This document shows, one piece after another, positions 60,034-64,000 of a DNA stretch of 64,000 nt (position 1 is its first letter; each line of letters begins with the position of its first letter). Under the pieces are notes generated by a model. The model saw nothing but the letters and a program-made list of their open reading frames with translations, searched no databases and was not told the DNA's origin. This stretch comes from Bradyrhizobiaceae bacterium (GTDB lineage Bacteria; Pseudomonadota; Alphaproteobacteria; Rhizobiales; Xanthobacteraceae): positions 8,990 to 72,989 of the forward strand of contig JBIQLW010000019.1 in NCBI GenBank assembly GCA_044463945.1, read 5' to 3'. The position numbers and the translations under genes were made by a program.

Positions 60034-62598
60034 TCACAGGCTCCGCAGCACCGAGGCCGGCTTGCGGTTGAGCGCCGCGAGCGTGCCGGCGAGCCCGAGG
60101 CCGACCGTCACGACCAGCGCCGCCGCCACCACCAGCGCCGCGGGGCCCACCTGCCAGGCGAAGCCGAGCGTCATCAGCCGGGTGACGATCAGCCACGCCG
60201 CGACCGAGCCCGCTGCCACGCCGAAGACCGCGGTGGCGAGCCCGATCATCAGGTATTCCAGTGCGTAGGCGGATAGCAGCCGCGCGCGCGTGGCGCCCAG
60301 CGTCTTGAGGATCACGGCGTCGTGGACGCGATGGCGATGGCCCGCCGCCAGCGCGCCGCCGAGCACCAATAGCGCCGCCAGCAGCGTGACGGCGCTGGCG
60401 CCGCGAATCGCCAGCGTCAGGTTGGTGATGACCGAGCCGATGGTTTGCAGCGCCTCGCGCACCCGCACGCTGGTCACCATCGGAAACGCCTGCGCCACCG
60501 CGTTGACGATGCGGGCGTCGTCCTCGGCGCTGGTCGTCGGCGGGGTCAGCGTCGCGATATGGGTGTGCGGCGCGCCGCGAAAGGCGTTGGGCGAGAACAC
60601 CAGCACGAAATTGATGCCGAGGCTTTGCCAGTCGACGCTGCGCAGGTTGCCGATGGTGGCGGAGATGTTCCGCCCCAGCACGTTGACCACCACCTCGTCG
60701 CCGATCTTGAGGCCGAGTCCGTCGGCGAGCTTGGCCTCGAACGACACCAGCGGCGGGCCGCTGTAGTCGGGCGGCCACCATTGCCCTTCCACCACCTTGG
60801 AGCCGCGCGGCACCTCGGCGGTATAGGTGAGGCCGCGGTCGCTTTGCAGCACCCATTCGGCGTCGTGGCTCGGCTTGAGATCCTCGGCCTTCACCCCGCG
60901 CGCCGAAACGATGCGCCCGCGCAGCATCGGCACGTCCTCGACGGCCGCGTCCGGGGCCTGCTGCCGGAGGAAGGCGTCGAAGCGCTGGGCGTCGGTGGAG
61001 GGGATGTCGATGAAATAGAACGACGGCGCGTGCTCGGGCAGCGCCGCCATGAACTGCCGCCGCAGGTTGCCGTCGATCTGGGTGATCGTCACCAGCACCG
61101 CGAGCCCGAGGCCGAGCGACAGCACCACCGAGGGCGTCAGCGCGCCGGGCCGGTGGATGTTGCCGATGGCGAGCCGCAACATCGGGCCGCGCGGGCGCGG
61201 CAGTTTTCGCGCGATCGTCATCAGGAGGGTGGCGATGCCGCGCAGCGCCGCGAATGCCAGCGCTGACGCCGCCACGAAGATCGCGGCGATGCGCTTGTCG
61301 TAGGCGAGCACGATCACCACCGCGATCAGGAGCGCGATCACCGCCGCCATCGCCACGAGATAGGGCAGGCGGGGCCGCCGCCGCTCCTCGCTCACGGTGT
61401 CGCGGAACAGCGCCGCGACCGGCACGTCGTGAATCCGTGCCAGCGGCCACAGGCCGAAGGCGAGCGCGGTTAACAGGCCGTAAACGAACGCCATCGCCAG
61501 TTCGCCGCCATGCAATGCCGGCTCCAGCGGCAGCGGCAGCAGGTGCCCGAACAGACCGGCGATGACGAACGGCAGCGCCGCGCCCGCCGCCAGCCCGATC
61601 ACCGATCCGATCGCCGCCAGCAGCATCACCTGCGTCAGGTAGATGGTGAAGATGCGGCCCGCCGGCGCGCCCAGCGCCTTGAGCGCGGCGATGACGTCGC
61701 GGCGGCGGTCGATGTGGCTCTTGACCGCGTTGGCGACGCCGACGCCGCCGACCAGCAGCGCGGCGAGGCCGACCAGCGTCAGGAACTGGGTGAAGCGGCT
61801 GATGGTCCGCTCCAGTTGCGGCGAGGCGTTGCGCTGCGAGCGGATGTCCCAGCCGGCGTCGGGCAGCGCGGCGCGCGCCCGGTCGATCACCGCCTGCGTG
61901 CCGGCATCGGTGGCCTCGGCGTCCGGCAGCCGCAGGCGATAGATCCAGCGCACCAGGCTTCCGGGTTGAAGGAGATGCGTCGCCCGCAAGGCATCCTCGC
62001 TGACGAGGACGCGCGGCGCGAAGCCGATGCCGCCGGCAAGCTTGTCCGGCTCGGAGGTCACCGCCGCGCGAATCTCGAACGCCGCCTCGCCGATGGTGAC
62101 GCGGTCGCCGGCCTTGAGGCTTAGGCGCGCCAGCAGCACCGGATCGACGGCGGCCCCGAATGCGCCGTCGCGGTTGGCAAGCAGGTCGGCCGCCGCCATC
62201 GGCGGCTCCAGCGCCAGCGCGCCCAGCATCGGATAGGCGGCATCGACCGCCTTCATCTCGGTGAGCGCCAGTTGCCCGTCCGGCGCCCGCACCATGGCGC
62301 GCAAGGTCGCCGCCACCGACACCGTGCCGCGGGCGCGCAGGAAGGCCAGTTCGTCCGGCCTGGCCTCGCGCTGGATCAGCGCGAAGGCGATATCCCCGCC
62401 GAGCAGGGTGCGGCCCTGCTGCCCCAATCCTGCCGCAAGACTCCCGGCGACCGATCCGACGCCCGCGATCGCCATCACGCCGAGCGCGATGCAGGCGATG
62501 AAGACGTAGAAGCCGCGCAGCCCGCTGCGCAGTTCGCGGATCGCGTAGCGCAGCGGCAACCACGATACGACAGAGCCTGATGTTGCGGTGACGGACAT
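60034..62598 (-). CDS. FtsX-family ABC transporter permease (YbbP-like, duplicated 854 aa)
   Basis: LPLRYAIRELRSGLRGFYVFIACIALGV; two FtsX-type 4-TM modules with large periplasmic loops. Confidence 0.9.
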   Translation of the reverse strand: MSVTATSGSVVSWLPLRYAIRELRSGLRGFYVFIACIALGVMAIAGVGSVAGSLAAGLGQQGRTLLGGDIAFALIQREARPDELAFLRARGTVSVAATLRAMVRAPDGQLALTEMKAVDAAYPMLGALALEPPMAAADLLANRDGAFGAAVDPVLLARLSLKAGDRVTIGEAAFEIRAAVTSEPDKLAGGIGFAPRVLVSEDALRATHLLQPGSLVRWIYRLRLPDAEATDAGTQAVIDRARAALPDAGWDIRSQRNASPQLERTISRFTQFLTLVGLAALLVGGVGVANAVKSHIDRRRDVIAALKALGAPAGRIFTIYLTQVMLLAAIGSVIGLAAGAALPFVIAGLFGHLLPLPLEPALHGGELAMAFVYGLLTALAFGLWPLARIHDVPVAALFRDTVSEERRRPRLPYLVAMAAVIALLIAVVIVLAYDKRIAAIFVAASALAFAALRGIATLLMTIARKLPRPRGPMLRLAIGNIHRPGALTPSVVLSLGLGLAVLVTITQIDGNLRRQFMAALPEHAPSFYFIDIPSTDAQRFDAFLRQQAPDAAVEDVPMLRGRIVSARGVKAEDLKPSHDAEWVLQSDRGLTYTAEVPRGSKVVEGQWWPPDYSGPPLVSFEAKLADGLGLKIGDEVVVNVLGRNISATIGNLRSVDWQSLGINFVLVFSPNAFRGAPHTHIATLTPPTTSAEDDARIVNAVAQAFPMVTSVRVREALQTIGSVITNLTLAIRGASAVTLLAALLVLGGALAAGHRHRVHDAVILKTLGATRARLLSAYALEYLMIGLATAVFGVAAGSVAAWLIVTRLMTLGFAWQVGPAALVVAAALVVTVGLGLAGTLAALNRKPASVLRSL

Positions 62599-62602
62599 GC
62601 GG

Positions 62603-63358
62603 CTACGCGGTTTCGATCCAGCGTCGCTCCGGTTCGGGAGTCTCGACCCGGCCGGAACGCAAACGGATGATGCGGTCGCACTTGCGCGCCAGCGCCGCGT
62701 CGTGCGTCACCAGCACCAGCGTCATGCCGCGCGCGGCGTGCTGCGCGAACAGCAGATCGACGATCTGCCGCCCCGTCGCCTCATCGAGATTGCCGGTCGG
62801 TTCGTCCGCGACCAGGATCGCCGGATCCGGCGCGAGCGCGCGGGCGATGGCGACGCGCTGCTGCTCGCCGCCGGAGAGTTGCCGCGGGTAATGATGCAGC
62901 CGTTCGCTCAAGCCCACCAGCGTCAGTTCGTGCGCGGCGCGCGCGGCGGCGTCCGGATGGCCGGCGAGTTCGAGCGGCACCGACACGTTCTCCAGAGCGG
63001 TCATGGTCGGAATCAGATGGAACGACTGGAAGACGATGCCGATATGGCGGCCGCGAAACCGCGCCAGCGCATCCTCGTCAAGGGCATTGAAGCGGGTGCC
63101 GTTCACCACCACCTCTCCACTGTCCGGACGTTCCAGACCCGCCATCACCATCAGCAGCGTGGATTTGCCGGAGCCGGACGCGCCGACCAGACCGACGGCC
63201 TCGCCCGGCGCGATCTGCAACGAGATATTTTTCAGGATATGGACGCGGGCAGCCCCCGCGCCCAACGAGAGGTCCACGTCGATGATGGAAATGGAAGGCG
63301 CCGCCGCGTTCGCGGGCGACCGGATCGGCGCTGATGTGGGGTCGGTGAGATTGTCCAT
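62603..63358 (-). CDS. ABC transporter ATP-binding protein (YbbA/LolD-like)
   Basis: GASGSGKSTLL, LSGGEQQRVAIARAL, ILVADEPTGNLD; ATG 63358. Confidence 0.93.
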   Translation of the reverse strand: MDNLTDPTSAPIRSPANAAAPSISIIDVDLSLGAGAARVHILKNISLQIAPGEAVGLVGASGSGKSTLLMVMAGLERPDSGEVVVNGTRFNALDEDALARFRGRHIGIVFQSFHLIPTMTALENVSVPLELAGHPDAAARAAHELTLVGLSERLHHYPRQLSGGEQQRVAIARALAPDPAILVADEPTGNLDEATGRQIVDLLFAQHAARGMTLVLVTHDAALARKCDRIIRLRSGRVETPEPERRWIETA

Positions 63359-63407
63359 GCCTCGGTCATATGGCGATTGGCTGGCGCAGGTCGAGGGGCG
63401 GACGCGG

Positions 63408-64000
63408 ATGTTTATCGCCGCAGCGCTGGTCGCGATCGCCGCGATGCTGACGGCGGCCGCGCCGGCGCGTGCCGCGCCATCGGCTTTGAAGATTGTCGTG
63501 CTGGGGGATTCGTTGAGCGCCGGATATGGCTTGCCGGCCGCTGACTCGTTTCCCGAAAAGCTGCAAACCGCGTTGCGGGCCAAGGGGATAGCGGTCGATA
63601 TCGACAATGCCGGAGTGTCCGGCGATACCAGTTCGGGCGGGCTCGGCCGGCTCGACTGGTCGGTGCCGGATGGCACGCAGGCGGTGATCCTCGAACTGGG
63701 CGCCAACGACGCGCTGCGCGGCATCGATCCCGACGTCACCCGCAAGGCGCTGGGCGAGATCATCCGGCGGCTGCAAGCGCGCGGGATCGCGGTGCTGTTG
63801 TGCGGGATGCGGGCGCCGCCGAACTACGGCGCCGACTACGCGGCGCGGTTCGATGCGATCTATCCCGATCTGGCGCGGGAGTTCGGCGTGCCGCTCGATC
63901 CGTTCTTTCTCGACGGCGTGGCCGCCGATGCCGCGCTCAATCAGGCCGACGGAATGCACCCGACGGCGGCCGGGATCGACCGCATCGTCGCGCGCATTCT
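63408..64000 (+). CDS. SGNH/GDSL arylesterase-lysophospholipase (TesA-like); 3' end cut by window edge
   Basis: Own translation: MFIAAALVAIAAMLTAAAPARAAPSALKIVVLGDSLSAGYGL...ELGANDALRG...ADGMHPTAAG (SGNH blocks I, III, V). Divergent from ybbA/ybbP as in many proteobacteria. Confidence 0.88.
   Translation, partial: MFIAAALVAIAAMLTAAAPARAAPSALKIVVLGDSLSAGYGLPAADSFPEKLQTALRAKGIAVDIDNAGVSGDTSSGGLGRLDWSVPDGTQAVILELGANDALRGIDPDVTRKALGEIIRRLQARGIAVLLCGMRAPPNYGADYAARFDAIYPDLAREFGVPLDPFFLDGVAADAALNQADGMHPTAAGIDRIVARI

Noticed and set aside
59819-62563. 914-aa minus-strand ORF
   Set aside because: Same strand as, but out of frame with, the FtsX-type permease gene 60034-62598. Its translation is Arg/Gly/Ala-rich, whereas the accepted frame gives clear TM segments.

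Overview
Visibly high-GC chromosomal segment. Gene content, near-canonical FixL/FixJ/FixK proteins and dispersed REP-like palindromes point to a Bradyrhizobiaceae/Nitrobacteraceae-type alphaproteobacterium; this is inference from sequence only, with no database search. Housekeeping blocks: sdhCDAB, rluA-like/ftsY/yciB, ccmABCDG (cycVWZXY type), acnA, and ybbA/ybbP-like ABC genes divergent from a tesA-like SGNH esterase. Accessory or regulated blocks: (1) 5.9-15.9 kb, a CUT2-type sugar ABC importer array whose second permease is fused to a strictosidine-synthase/SMP-30-like beta-propeller, followed by a second free propeller, a GntR regulator and two beta-oxidation-type dehydrogenases. (2) 16.5-23.8 kb, a compact respiratory module. 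It contains a small membrane protein, a CuA subunit II, and a heme-copper oxidase subunit I lacking the usual cross-link Tyr. It also contains a heme O synthase::SCO fusion, a diheme cytochrome b::2x[4Fe-4S]::MvhD-like fusion, an orphan anchored protein and a Crp/Fnr regulator. This is the best candidate for a poorly described system. (3) fixLJ. (4) 26.3-33.6 kb, a sulfide-responsive module: ArsR/BigR/SqrR-like regulator with trxC, divergent from sqr, DUF2892, an RND pump and DUF302. (5) Two PHA synthases plus a phasin-like gene. (6) fixK with an orphan receiver, and a run of genes preceded by TTGA-N6-TCAA boxes (phaC, usp, adh, cytochrome c, hemN). At least six families of short palindromic repeats occur, three copies sitting inside respiratory operons. 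One candidate sRNA with a clean intrinsic terminator lies at 56.7-56.9 kb. No rRNA, tRNA, CRISPR array, transposase, integrase or prophage genes were recognised. Many long ORFs in the track are antisense or out-of-frame shadows typical of high-GC DNA and were rejected.
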